64,000 nucleotides of DNA, from positions 369,210,001 through 369,274,000 of the forward strand of contig OZ024741.1 of assembly GCA_964016885.1 (NCBI GenBank), given 5' to 3'. Both the position numbers and the translations under genes were made by a program. Positions 1 to 13,470 of the stretch are shown piece after piece. The notes under the pieces were generated by a model. The model was not told the origin of the DNA and searched no databases. It worked only from the letters and a program-made list of their open reading frames with translations. Within the stretch, counting starts at the first letter, position 1. Each line of letters starts with the position of its first letter. The stretch comes from Eledone cirrhosa (Eukaryota).

Positions 1-302
1 ATATATATATAGATATAGATATACATATATATATATATATACACATATATATATACACATATATATATATATACACATATATATATATATATATATACAT
101 ATATATATACATATATATATATATACATATATATATATACATATATATATGATGGCTGCCCCCTCGTTATCGAGTATGGCCATTGCACGAGAAGAAAAAA
201 ATAATATAAAAAATAAAAAAATAAATAAATAAATAAAATAAAATAAAATAAAATAAAATAATAATAATAATAATAATAAATAAATAAAAAAAATAAAAAA
301 AG

Positions 303-369
<67 letters not shown>

Positions 370-384
370 CATACATACATACAT
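1..384. repeat. (TA)n/(TACA)n and A-rich microsatellites
   Basis: Direct inspection. Confidence 0.95.
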
Positions 385-502
385 GATGGCTGCCCCCTCG
401 TTATCGAGTATGGCCATTGCACGAGCATAAAAAAAAATAAAAATAAAAATAAAAAATAAAAATAAAATAAAAAATAAAATAAAATAAAATAAAAAAATAA
501 TA

Positions 503-687
503 ATAATTGTTTCTACTTTAGGCACAAGGCCAGCAATTATCCAGTGCATTACTGGTACTTTATTTTATCGACCCCGTAAGGATGAAAGGCAAAGTCAACC
601 TCGGCGGGATTTGAACTCAGATCGTAAAGGGACGTAACTATGCTGGAAAGCATGGCGTCCGACCCTCTACCGATACTGCCAATCCAC
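503..687 (-). mobile_element. tRNA-headed SINE (Nin/Deu-domain-like cephalopod SINE family)
   Basis: Minus strand has A box TGGCAGTATCGG and B box GAGTTCAAATCC followed by GTTGACTTTGCCTTTCATCC...GTCGATAAAATAAAGTACCAG; near-identical copies elsewhere in the window. Confidence 0.8.
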
Positions 688-970
688 TAAAAAAATAATA
701 ATAATAATAAATAAATTTAAAAAAAAAAAAAAAAAAGAAAAGAAAAAAAGAAATATATATATATATACATACATACATATATACATACACACATACACAT
801 ACACTCACACATATACACACACATACATTAATAACAATAATAATAATAATAATAGCAATAATAATAATAACGACAACAACAATAATGATATACATATTCA
901 TATATATATACACACACACGCACGCACATAAGCATATCTACACACACACACACGATAGCAACTAACAGTG

Positions 971-3900
971 CTACGATCGAATGTGGCTTTTTAGCCCAGC
1001 CAATGATCTAAAATGTCTTGCACAGAGTCGGCAACCAAAACATTCACTGGGAATAGTCGGCTGTATTTGGAGTTCGTGTACTTTTGCATGTCGCTTGAGC
1101 CCTCCTGCTGATTTACATTCTCTACCACATGTTTGGCAAGCATCATGAGTAGCATCTCCAACAGCAACCTGGTAGTCAACCACTGGTCTTACTTTATGAT
1201 TGCGAAGATGACTTTCGAGTCCAGCTTTGCTTAGGCAGAGTCTCGCACAGACGCTGCATGTCAGCACCATAGGAGGACCCTCGCCGTCTGGAAGTGCAAC
1301 AGCAATGCCCTTCCTCACATCCCGCTTTACTTTCTCGTGTGCGATTCGAGATGCCTCAAAGGCAACTTTTCCCTCATATACAGTCTTTCTCCATTTATTA
1401 CGATCAGCAGCAATATTTTCCCATGTATCAGCAGAGATGTTAGCGTCTTTCAGAGAGGCTTTCAAGGAATCCTTATACTTCTTTTTTGGTTTATATGGCG
1501 GTCGTTTTCCTTTAACCAACTCTCCATAGAAGTGTTGTTTTGGTATTCTAGAATCCTTCATCCTGGCAAGGTGACCACTCCAACGGAGTCGTTGCTTAAG
1601 CACAAGAGCTTCTATACTGTCACACAGAGAGTTTTCCAAAATCTCGACATCACTGATGTGGTCCCTCCAGTGAACGCCATGGATCCGTCTGAGACACATC
1701 TGATGGAAACGCTCCAATTGCTTAAGGTGGCGTCGATATGTGACCCAGGTCTCGCAGGCATAAAGAAGACAAGAGAGTACACATGCCCTGTACACCCTTA
1801 CTTTTGTCCTCCTGCATATGTCTCGCCGACCCCAGAGTCGCCTTTCTAGCTTTCCGAAAGCATCACTTGCTTTCCTAATCCTAAGTGAGATTTCACTGTC
1901 AAGGTTGCCGTATCGATTGACAGTGCTTCCCAGGTAGACAAACTGATCAACCACTCCAAGTCGTTTGCCATACACATAGATGTTTGGTTCAGTGTACTGC
2001 TTACTAGGGGCAGGTTGGTACATGACGACGGTTTTCTTGAGACTGACAGTCAAACCCAGGGCAGTGCAAGCGTCAGAAAATGCACTCAAAATGTGCTGCA
2101 TATCACTCTCTGTGTGCGCTACAAGATCGCAATCATCTGCATACAAGAGGTCTCTTATGATTGATGTAAATACCTTTGTCTTCGCAGCAAAGCTCCTGAT
2201 GTTAAATATGCTGCCTGAGGTTCGATATCGGATGTAAACACCATGCTCGCAATTCCTGAATGCAATACAGAAAACCATTGCAAAGTATATGGCAAACAGG
2301 GTCGGTGCTGGAATATCCCCCTATTTCACTCCATTTTTTACTGAGATAGGCTCCGACATGTTACCTCCGACATTAACTCAAGCCTTCATGTCGTCATGGA
2401 AAGACCTAACTAAAGCAAGGAACTTATCAGGGCAACCAAGTTTCTGTAGAACCTTCCATAATGCATCTCTGTTGACAGTATCGAAAGCCTTTGTCAGATC
2501 GACAAAAACCTGATACAGATCCAAGCCTTGTTCAATGCACTTCTCCTGGAGCTGTCTAGCTGAGAAGATCATATCAGTAGTGCCGCGTCCAGCACGAAAA
2601 CCAGATTGACTTTCAGAAAGAACACAATCTGCAATGTGTGTCAGCAGACGGTCCAGAAGCACCCTACATAAAACTTTCCCTACGACAGAAAGCAATGATA
2701 TACCTCTGTAGTTCCCACAATCATTCCTGTTACCCTTTCCCTTGTACAAGACCACCATTACTGCATCTCTCCAGTCCTCAGGCACGGATTCATTAGCCCA
2801 TATCCTTCCAAACAAAGAGTGAAGATGTTGCAGGAGTCTCTCACCACCATATTGTAGGAGCTCAGCATGTATGCCATCCATACCTGGAGATCTTCCACTG
2901 TTCAGCTTCGAAATAGCCACTGCAACCTCCACAAGCGTCGGAGGTTCTGCGAGAGCTACTTTCACAGGACTTTCTGGAATGAGATTGAGGAAATCTTCAC
3001 TGACGACAGACGGCTGATTCAAAAGATCATCAAAGTGCTCTCGCCACCTTCGTAGAATTTCCTGTGAATCACGAAGAAGTTCTTTGCCATCCTTGCTGCG
3101 AAGCGGTGTCACCAGAGAAGAAGACGGTCCATAAACCTCACGCAAGAGACTGTACAACAGCTTTGTGTTATTGGAATCAGACGCAGTTTGTATCTCACCA
3201 GCCTTCTCATTCCACCACTGATCCTTCATCTGAGAAAGACTCCGCCTAACACGTGATTTTACATCCCTGAGCTCCTCATGCAACGTATTCCTCTCCTGTG
3301 GTTTTGCCGTCAAGTAGCGTGACAGAGCACGCCTCTTATCAGCCAACAAGTCTTCTATATGTACATCATTCTCATTAAACCAGTCCTGATGTTTTCTCTG
3401 CACCAATCCCAGAACACGCCTGCCTACATCATAAACCGACTTTTTAAGGGTCGGCCAATCCTCACCAAGATCTGCAGCCTGCATCTCTTCTTCCAATGTC
3501 CTCTTCACATTTTTATCCTTAAGACGAGCAGCATTCAATCTTTTGGGCAGGGTAACACCAGGAGCCCGGATTTTACGTTTGGTGATTAGTTTCACTTTTG
3601 CGCGTACCAGGCGGTGGTCCGTCCAGCACTCAGCTCCACGAAGAACACGAACACACTGCACATCCTGTCTGTCACGCATCCTGACTAGGACGTAGTCCAA
3701 AAGATGCCATTCCTTAGATGCAGGATGCATCCATGTGGTCTTGAATTTGTTCTTTTGTTGGAACATGGTGTTGGTAACACACAGATCCAGCTCCTCACAC
3801 ATCTGCAGCAGGAGCATACCATTGCTGTTACACTTTCCCACCCCATGCCTTCCTATTACATTCCATGTGTTAAAATCCCTACCCACTCTAGCATTAAAGT

Positions 3901-4782
3901 CACCAAGCACGATGACTTTGTCTGCCTGAGGGATATTTCTTAGAACACCTTTCAAGGCATGGTAAAAGGACAGTTTTTCTTCATCAACAGAATTCATAGT
4001 TGGAGCATACACACTCACCAGGGTAGCATATCTTCCCTTGTCCAGCGGAACTCTCATGGACATAAGACGCTCACTAATCCCTACTGGGAATTCTTCTAAT
4101 TTATTCACAAGTACAGTCTTAACAGCAAATCCTACCCAGCCTCCCTTCTGATTCCTTACCAGAAGAATGTATATTCTCCACAAAATTCCGTAAGATGACC
4201 CTCTCCAGCTAACCTCGTCTCAGATAAAGCCACGATGTCAAGATCGTAACGTCGAAGCTCCTTTGCAACAAGAGCGGTCCTTCGTTCAGGACGCTCCAAA
4301 GAATCCCTGTCAAGCAGCGTCCGTACATTCCAGCAGCCAAGACTAAATGCCTTGTTTGGCTCTATTACAATGGCACGATGACGAGCGGGCCCAGGCTGTG
4401 ATAACTTGGGGCCCCTGCCCTTATTGCCAATGATCTTTTTTGTTCCAGAATCTAAATTGCCAATTATCTCTTTTACATTGTTCTGGAACATCATTGAATT
4501 GGAAAAAAAAAACAAAGTAATAATAATAGTAATAATAATAGTAATAATAATAGTACACTATTAATAATTATTAATGCACTCGTGCAATGCCTGTGCGTGA
4601 TGAATATTTTTAAAGTGAGGAAAGACTGTGCACTGAGCCAATCCCACTCTCTGCGCGACAGTAGCTATAAGCCGAAAATAAGAAAAGATCAACATCATCG
4701 ATAACTACTGAGCCGCACGTTTTATATCGGAGTTAACCCAGTTTCCTGAGATGCCTTCTCCTAGAAGAATGCCCTGACAAGG
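971..4782 (-). mobile_element. Near full-length RTE-clade LINE (APE endonuclease + RT + three C-terminal C2H2 fingers), inactivated
   Basis: CWNVRTL...ALSETRL, LGDFNARVG, WHLLDY, TDHRLV (APE); YRGISLL, FVDLTKAFD, LLYADD (RT); frameshift near 4156-4183 and nonsense codons at 2378-2380 and 2321-2323. Confidence 0.93.
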
Positions 4783-4882
4783 GCTAGGAGTTCTATATAT
4801 ATATACATATATATATATGTATATATATACATATATATATATATACACACATATATATATATACACACATATATATATATAT

Positions 4883-4943
<61 letters not shown>

Positions 4944-5560
4944 CATATATATATATAAAATACGTAGTTTAGAAAGCCACAACAATGCAGATGGGAAATC
5001 TCGAGGTAGGAAGTGAATGATAGATAGGAGAAATAGGAGAAAGTGAAAATTGAGAGAGACAAAGATGAAAACAAAACAAAGGTAGAAGGGTTACCGTAGT
5101 GGAGATTTAATCCCAATATTTCGGGCTCACGCCCATCAACGGGGGATAGTTCCAAAAAGGGGGGGAACAGGCTAAGCCGGAGAAAGTTGTGATGTCGTTA
5201 AAACAGGAATGCCGTTATGGGGAGAAAAATTTAAAAGAGGGAAAGAATGCGCGTGCGCGTGATAGGCTGTGGCAAAAGCTACTGACCAAATGGGTTAAAT
5301 CAAGAGGGTGCGCTAGCGTGTGAAAGCCGTAAAATATGTGTGTGTAAATATATATGTGTGTGTAGCTGTGTGTGTATATGTGTAAGTGTGTATATGTGTG
5401 AGTGTGTGTGTGTGTGAAAGATGTGTGTGTGAAAGATAGTGGGCTGTAGAAGCTGGAAGTCAAAGGGTGTGAAAGGTGGTAGGTTGTAAAACATGTGTGC
5501 GTGTATAAATATAGATGTGTGTGTGTAAGCGTATGGGTATATATGTGTGTGTAACTGTGT

Positions 5561-6772
5561 GTGTATATGTGTAAGTGTGTACCAGCATCCCCAGCCGTCG
5601 ACCTGTTGACCGAACGAGTCCGAGCATCTAACTTACACTGCTTCGGACTCACACACACGGACATCCACCAACTCCTCTCCTTCGTTGTGGATAATGCACT
5701 CTTCAATTTCCTCGGCCACACGTACAAACAAATCTCTGGGCTACCTATGGGCTCTAGTCTGTCCGGCATACTTGCGATCTCGTACATGGACCACCTGGAA
5801 CGCAAGGCACTCAATACCTGCCAACCCAACGCCGTCGCCTTCTACTCCAGATACGTTGATGACATCCTGATACTTACTTCTTCCCGGGAGATGGCGAATG
5901 AAATTCACCAAATCTTCAACGATACTGACCATCACGTCGATTTCACCATCGAACACCCAGGAGAAGACGGGTCACTCGCCCTCCTCGACTTCCGTATCAA
6001 CATCTCGGAAGAAGGAGACATAAACACCACCTTCTACCGCAAAGCAGCGTGCAAGGACTTATTTGTGCATTACAACTCAGCCCTCCCCAACAACGCTAAG
6101 AGAGGCTATGTCCTAAATGAACTGACACGGATCACTAACAGATGCAGCGACCCGATGGGTGGTCTCACCCATACCACGCAATTCCGTAATCTACTCAAGT
6201 CTAATGGATATCCCAAGCGACTGATTAACGGAATTAGAGACCCCAGACCCAATAGACAGACACCCACTAGAAACTTAAATAAAAGCAGGTGCTTCTTTAA
6301 AATCCCCCACCTGAGTGAATATACCACGAACGCCATCCGCAGGGCCATACGGACGGAGGGACTTGACATACATTTGGCCCACACAGGACCTTCGCTGCGA
6401 AGATGCCTCTCCAACAAACCCGACGAGTCAGATGGGACGTGTTCCCTCAGCAACTGCCCGACACGGGGGGCAGATTGCCTACGCACCTATGTCGTATATA
6501 AGATTCAATGCGATAAATGTAACAAGTTTTACATAGGTAGCACCATCCGACCCCTACATGTTCGTATCAAGGAACATATCAACACCAACGCATCTTCCTT
6601 CCGTAAACACATCCTTAAATGCGGAAACCCACAGGGTGGACCCTTGGTCACAGTCCTAGCGACTGAACGCAGCATCGGATCCTTAAGGATAAAGGAAGCA
6701 CTTGTTATTAAGAACCTCAGACCCCCACTTAACAACCGGGCTGAGAGAAATGAGCTGACATGGCTAATTTAA
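5561..6772 (+). CDS. Penelope-type reverse transcriptase (C-terminal part) + GIY-YIG endonuclease
   Basis: GLPMGSSLSG, YSRYVDDIL, LALLDF..I, VVYKIQCDKCNKFYIGST.RPL..RIKEH, E.L.I....P.LN; true coding begins about 5578 at the inversion junction. Confidence 0.92.
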   Translation: MYMCKCVPASPAVDLLTERVRASNLHCFGLTHTDIHQLLSFVVDNALFNFLGHTYKQISGLPMGSSLSGILAISYMDHLERKALNTCQPNAVAFYSRYVDDILILTSSREMANEIHQIFNDTDHHVDFTIEHPGEDGSLALLDFRINISEEGDINTTFYRKAACKDLFVHYNSALPNNAKRGYVLNELTRITNRCSDPMGGLTHTTQFRNLLKSNGYPKRLINGIRDPRPNRQTPTRNLNKSRCFFKIPHLSEYTTNAIRRAIRTEGLDIHLAHTGPSLRRCLSNKPDESDGTCSLSNCPTRGADCLRTYVVYKIQCDKCNKFYIGSTIRPLHVRIKEHINTNASSFRKHILKCGNPQGGPLVTVLATERSIGSLRIKEALVIKNLRPPLNNRAERNELTWLI

Positions 6773-7394
6773 CCATAGTGACCATTCACAGCCCTCACGG
6801 CCTGCTATTTTCACACACACGCACGTATATGCATACCCATACGCATACACATCTATATTTATACACGCACACATGTTTTTACAACCTACCACCTTTCACA
6901 CCCTTTGATTTCCAGCTTCTACAGCCCACTATCTTTCACACACACACGCACTCACGCATATACACACTTACACATATACACACACAGTTACACACACATA
7001 TATACCCATACGCATACACACACACATCTATATTTATACACGCACACATGTTTTACAACCTACCACCTTTCACACCCTTTGACTTCCAGCTTCTACAGCC
7101 CACTATCTTTCACACACACATCTTTCACACACACACACACTCACACATATACACACTTACACATATACACACACAGCTACACACACATATATATTTACAC
7201 ACACATATTTTACGGCTTTCACACGCTAGCGCACCCTCTTGATTTAACCCATTTGGTCAGTAGCTTTTGCCACAGCCTATCACGCGCACGCGCATTCTTT
7301 CCCTCTTTTAAATTTTTCTCCCCATAACGGCATTCCTGTTTTAACGACATCACAACTTTCTCCGGCTTAGCCTGTTCCCCCCCTTTTTGGAACT

Positions 7395-7432
7395 ATCCCC
7401 CGTTGATGGGCGTGAGCCCGAAATATTGGGAT
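7395..7432 (+). ncRNA. Minimal type-I hammerhead-ribozyme-like motif in the Penelope pLTR (non-canonical core); mirror copy at 5110-5147 on minus
   Basis: AUCCC-CCGUUGA-U-GGGC GUGA GCCC-GAAA-UAUU-GGGAU: stem I, core, stem II with GNRA loop, palindromic AAUAUU stem III. Confidence 0.6.
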
Positions 7433-7625
7433 TAAATCTCCACTACGGTAACCCTTCTACCTTTGTTTTGTTTTCATCTTTGTCTCTCTCAATTTTCACT
7501 TTCTCCTATTTCTCCTATCTATCATTCACTTCCTACCTCGAGATTTCCCATCTGCATTGTTGTGGCTTTCTAAACTACGTATTTTACACATTTCACAATG
7601 CTTCAAGCAAACTTTAACACCCTCA

Positions 7626-7629
7626 TATA

Positions 7630-7685
<56 letters not shown>

Positions 7686-7698
7686 CATATATATACAC

Positions 7699-7761
<63 letters not shown>

Positions 7762-7780
7762 CATATATATATATATACAC

Positions 7781-7827
<47 letters not shown>

Positions 7828-7830
7828 CAC

Positions 7831-7875
<45 letters not shown>

Positions 7876-7890
7876 CATATATATATACAC

Positions 7891-7935
<45 letters not shown>

Positions 7936-7952
7936 CATATATATATATATAC

Positions 7953-8001
<49 letters not shown>

Positions 8002-8162
8002 CATATATATATACATATATATATATACATATATATACACACATATATATACACATATATATACACACATATATATACACATATATATACATATATATAT
8101 ATATACATATATATATATACATATATATATATATACATATATATATATACATATATATACAC

Positions 8163-8209
<47 letters not shown>

Positions 8210-8228
8210 CATATATATATATATACAC

Positions 8229-8279
<51 letters not shown>

Positions 8280-8305
8280 CATATATATATACACATATAT
8301 ATACA

Positions 8306-8337
<32 letters not shown>

Positions 8338-8390
8338 CATATATATATATATACATATATATATATACATATATATACACATATATATAC

Positions 8391-8461
<71 letters not shown>

Positions 8462-8512
8462 TATACACATATATATACACATATATATACATATATACAT
8501 ATATATATATAC

Positions 8513-8543
<31 letters not shown>

Positions 8544-8578
8544 CATACATATATATATATATATATACATATATATAC

Positions 8579-8619
<41 letters not shown>

Positions 8620-8716
8620 TATACATATATATACATATATATATATACATATATATACATATATACATATATATACATATATATACATATATATACATAT
8701 ATATACATATATATAC
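7626..8716. repeat. 1.1-kb (TA)n/(TACA)n microsatellite
   Basis: Direct inspection; source of the spurious YI-rich ORFs. Confidence 0.97.
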
Positions 8717-9380
<664 letters not shown>

Positions 9381-9381
9381 A

Positions 9382-9435
<54 letters not shown>

Positions 9436-9458
9436 CATACATATATATATATATATAT

Positions 9459-9491
<33 letters not shown>

Positions 9492-9509
9492 CATATATAT
9501 ATATATATA

Positions 9510-10799
9510 TAGACAGCTCACATGTGGACGTGATATATCTTGACTTTGCGAAGGCCTTTGACAAGGTCGACCACGGAATGATTTGTCACAAACTACACGG
9601 ACTTGGCATAACTGGAAAAGTAGGTGAGTGGCTGCATGGCTTCCTAAGGGACAGAAGCCAGGCAGTCGCAGCAAATGGGGCCCTCTCGAGGGAAACACCG
9701 ATAACAAGTGGGGTGCCCCAGGGGACAGTCCTGGGACCACTACTGTTTTTGGTGGCTCTCTCGGACATGCCCTCTGTGGTGCATGCAACAACATCCCTCA
9801 CTAGCTATGCTGATGACACTAAGGTAGCACAGGCAATCAAAAACCCGGCTGACGCTGCCCTTTTACAGCAGGATCTGGATGCCATATACAGATGGGCGGA
9901 AGAAAACAACATGCAGTTTAACGCTGGCAAATTCCAAGCCCTACAATACAAACCTGCAAACACAAACACAAATATAGCGGAACACAGCTACACAGGACCA
10001 GGAGGGACCGATATCCCCGTGTCAAAATCGATACGAGACCTGGGCATAGACATGAGCGATGATGCATCTTTTTCTTCACACATCATGAAGGTGGCGACAA
10101 CATGTAGACGATTCGCTGGCTGGATCTTGAGGACTCTCCTTACAAGAGATCGAGACACCATGTTGACACGGTGGAGGACTTTTGTCCTAAGCCGCCTGGA
10201 CTACTGCTCCCAGCTGTGGTCACCCCATAGTGTCAAACTAACCACGGAGCTTGAGGCAATCCAGCGAAGCTACACCAAGAGGATTGCCAAGATGAGGGAG
10301 ACAAGCTACTGGGAGAGGCTAAAGGAACTGAACCTCTACTCCTTGGAGCGAAGACGGGAGAGATACGCAGTGATCTACATGTGCAAAATCCTGGAGGGAC
10401 TAGCACCAAACTTTGGCATTGGGAGCTGGACCAACCGTCGAACAGGACGTCACTGTGTGGTGCCAAAGGTCCCGTCTTCCACATCTAGAATAAGGAGCAG
10501 GTATTGCAATAGCCTGGGATTCAAGGGCCCTCAACTCTTCAACAGGCTGCCGAGGCATCTGCGAGACTTGCATGACGTGGAGGTGGATGTCTTTAAGAAA
10601 CATCTCGACACCTTGTTATCCAGGATCCCGGATGAGCCCACAGCAAGACACGAGGGAAACCTAAGGGCAGCAGCAACAAACTCCCTCCTACACCAGTGGC
10701 CAACCTATACAGGCTGGAGATAAAATGTGTAGCAACAAGGGCGGTGCCCCAGCATGGCCTCAGCCGGATGGCTGAAACAGGTAAAAGAGTAAAAGAGTA
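9510..10799 (+). mobile_element. 5'-truncated CR1/L2-group LINE with open RT C-terminal half
   Basis: [63 protein letters not shown]; stop at 10723 then short 3' UTR with (GTAAAAGA)2 tail. Confidence 0.9.
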
Positions 10800-10867
10800 T
10801 ACATATATATATATATACATAAATATATATATACATACATACATATATATATACATACATATACACA

Positions 10868-10898
<31 letters not shown>

Positions 10899-10913
10899 AC
10901 ATACATATACACA

Positions 10914-10944
<31 letters not shown>

Positions 10945-11040
10945 ACATACATATATATATACATATATATATACATATATACATACATATATATATACAT
11001 ACACATATACATACATATATACATATACATATATACATAC

Positions 11041-11072
<32 letters not shown>

Positions 11073-11073
<1 letters not shown>

Positions 11074-13202
11074 AAAATGAGGAGAATAATTGGGAGAAAG
11101 GCAGTCTCCCCCATATCGACCCAATAGAGGGACCAGCAGTGTTAGTCGAGGGGAGTATAATAAGTAAGGCAATCAAGGATATGAAGACTGGTAAGGCGGC
11201 TGGGCCTTCGGAAATAGTTGCTGAGATGCTGAAGGCATCTGGCACGGTGGGACACACCATGGTCACCCGCATAGTTAACCAAGTCGTACAGAATGGGGTT
11301 GTTCCGAAGGACTGGCATAGCAGCATCATCGTTAACTGTTATAAGGGTAAAGGAGACGCCCTAGATAGGAGTAACTATAGAGGCATTAAATTAATCGACC
11401 AGGTCATGAAGGTCACGGAAAGAGTAATAGCGCAACTAATCAGAGAGAGAATTGACCTAGATGAAATGCAGTTCGGGTTTGTGTCAGGCAAAAGTACCAC
11501 AGACGCTCTTTTCATAGTACGACAACTACAGGAGAAGTACCTAGCTAAAGGTAAACCCCTCTACTTAGCTTTTGTCGACTTGGAGAAAGCCTTCGACAGA
11601 GTCCCCCGCTCCATTATCTGGTGGGCTCTTAGAAAACTAGGCGTTGACGAATGGCTTGTGAGGGCTATACAAGCCATGTATAAAGAAACAGTCAGCAAGG
11701 TTAGAATTAACAACGAATATAGTGAAGAGTTTAGCGTAAAAGTTGGCGTCCATCAGGGCTCTGTTCTCAGTCCACTACTATTTATTATTGCCCTTCAGGC
11801 TATAACAGAGGAGTTCAAGACAGGCTGCCCATGGGAACTCCTATACGCAGACGACCTGACACTCATAGCGGAATCAATGGCCGAGCTAGAGAAGAAATTC
11901 CAAACATGGAAGCACGGCCTAGAGTCAAAAGGACTTAAAATTAACCTGGCTAAGACCAAAGTACTAGTTTGTAGGAAAGAAAACAAGGCGGCGGTCCCTT
12001 CTGGGAAATGGTCGTGCTCGGTGTGTAGGAAAGGCGTAGGTAGAAACTCCATTTTATGTCCTAAATGCAAAGTATGGGTGCATAAAAGATGTAGTGGGAT
12101 CACAGGTAAGCTAACTAAGAACATAGATTTTACATGTGGCCGGTGCTCTGGTGCAATAAGTAGCAGCAAGTGCCCACAAACTACTAGCTCTTTCAATTGC
12201 GCAGAGGGTTCTATAGAAATAGTGGACAGCTTCCGTTACCTGGGCGATAAAATCAGCAGTGGGGGAGGGTGCTCTGAAAGTACTGTAGCTAGAGTCAGAA
12301 CTGGTTGGAAAAAGTTCAGAGAGCTTATACCACTATTAGCTGCTAAAGGGTTCTCACTAAAAATGAAAGGCAGGTTGTACGATGCCTGCATACGAACAGC
12401 AATGCTGCATGGCAGTGAGACCTGGGCATTGTGTGCAGAGGATATACGCAGACTAGAGAGGAACGAAGCTTGCATGCTCCGCTGGATGTGTAACAGTAAT
12501 ATACGTGAACGGCAAAGCATAAACGAACTAAGGAAAAAATTAGAGATAAGAGGGATCAGATGTTGTTTACTCGAGAGAAGGCTACGTTGGTATGGACACG
12601 TGATGCGCATGAAAGTCGATAGCTGTATAACAAAGTGCAGGGCAATAAAGATAGACGGTAGTCACGGAATAGGCAGACCTAGAAAAACCTGGGACGAGCT
12701 GATAAACTCCGACATCACACACTTACACCTCTCCAAGACAATGTCACTGGACCGAGACCTTTGGCGGTACTCAGTAACAGAGAAGACCCGCCTTACCTAA
12801 ATATATAGTAAAACCTACTCCAGCCAGTAGGCATCTCTAACAAAATACACCCCGTCCCACCACCCCCACCCCCACCCGATCCACACCACCCCGTTCTATG
12901 TAAAGTTATGTTGGTGCCGCGCCTTCGAGGCCGAAACAAATGAGATCGTGTAGGTGTCACGACAAAAAAACACACAGTCCACGCTGTAATGTGGCCGTGT
13001 AGGCAACACGGTAAAAACCTCCCAGACCCACACTGTAAATGTGGTTGGTGTTAGGAAGGGCATCCAACTGTAGAAAACCTGCCAGACAGTCCTATGCGAG
13101 CAAGACAATCACTCTTGCCTCAAGTGGGACTACCCCCGTCCAAACCCATGCAAGCGTGGAACACGGACGTTAAACGTTGATGATGATGATGATGATGATG
13201 AT
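11073..13202 (+). mobile_element. 5'-truncated RTE LINE; RT ORF 11139-12800 intact, with Cys-rich PHD-like insertion
   Basis: [56 protein letters not shown]; 3' (GAT)n tail. Confidence 0.92.
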
Positions 13203-13435
13203 ACACACATATACACACATACACACACACACTCTCTCTCTCTCACACACACCACAAAATAAAAAAGAAATTATTCATACACATATTTTCCAAAAATAAC
13301 TCCTCTCCAAATTCCTGATTGAAAGCCATCACTAATACTATATTCTGTTGTTTTTTTTAATTACCCACCACAAAACGACCCGTGACAAACAAACTAAAAC
13401 ACACACCCCACACTGCAAAAACAAATATATATATA

Positions 13436-13470
13436 TACTAGCAGTAAAGCCCGGCGTTGCTCGGGGCTGC
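13436..13470 (+). mobile_element. Terminus of a helentron-associated (HINE/DINE-like) element
   Basis: TACTAGCAG...CCCGGCGTTGCTCGGG hairpin terminus, same as at 59918-59947 and 61047; other end not determined. Confidence 0.5.

Larger units (their letters stand above)
4956..7625 (+). mobile_element. Penelope-like element, 5'-truncated, with inverted pseudo-LTR
   Basis: RT plus GIY-YIG ORF; 4956-5580 is the reverse complement of about 6962-7586; flanked by (TA)n on both sides. Confidence 0.93.

Noticed and set aside
503-687. tRNA genes at A/B-box motifs
   Set aside because: They are SINE heads without a complete cloverleaf.
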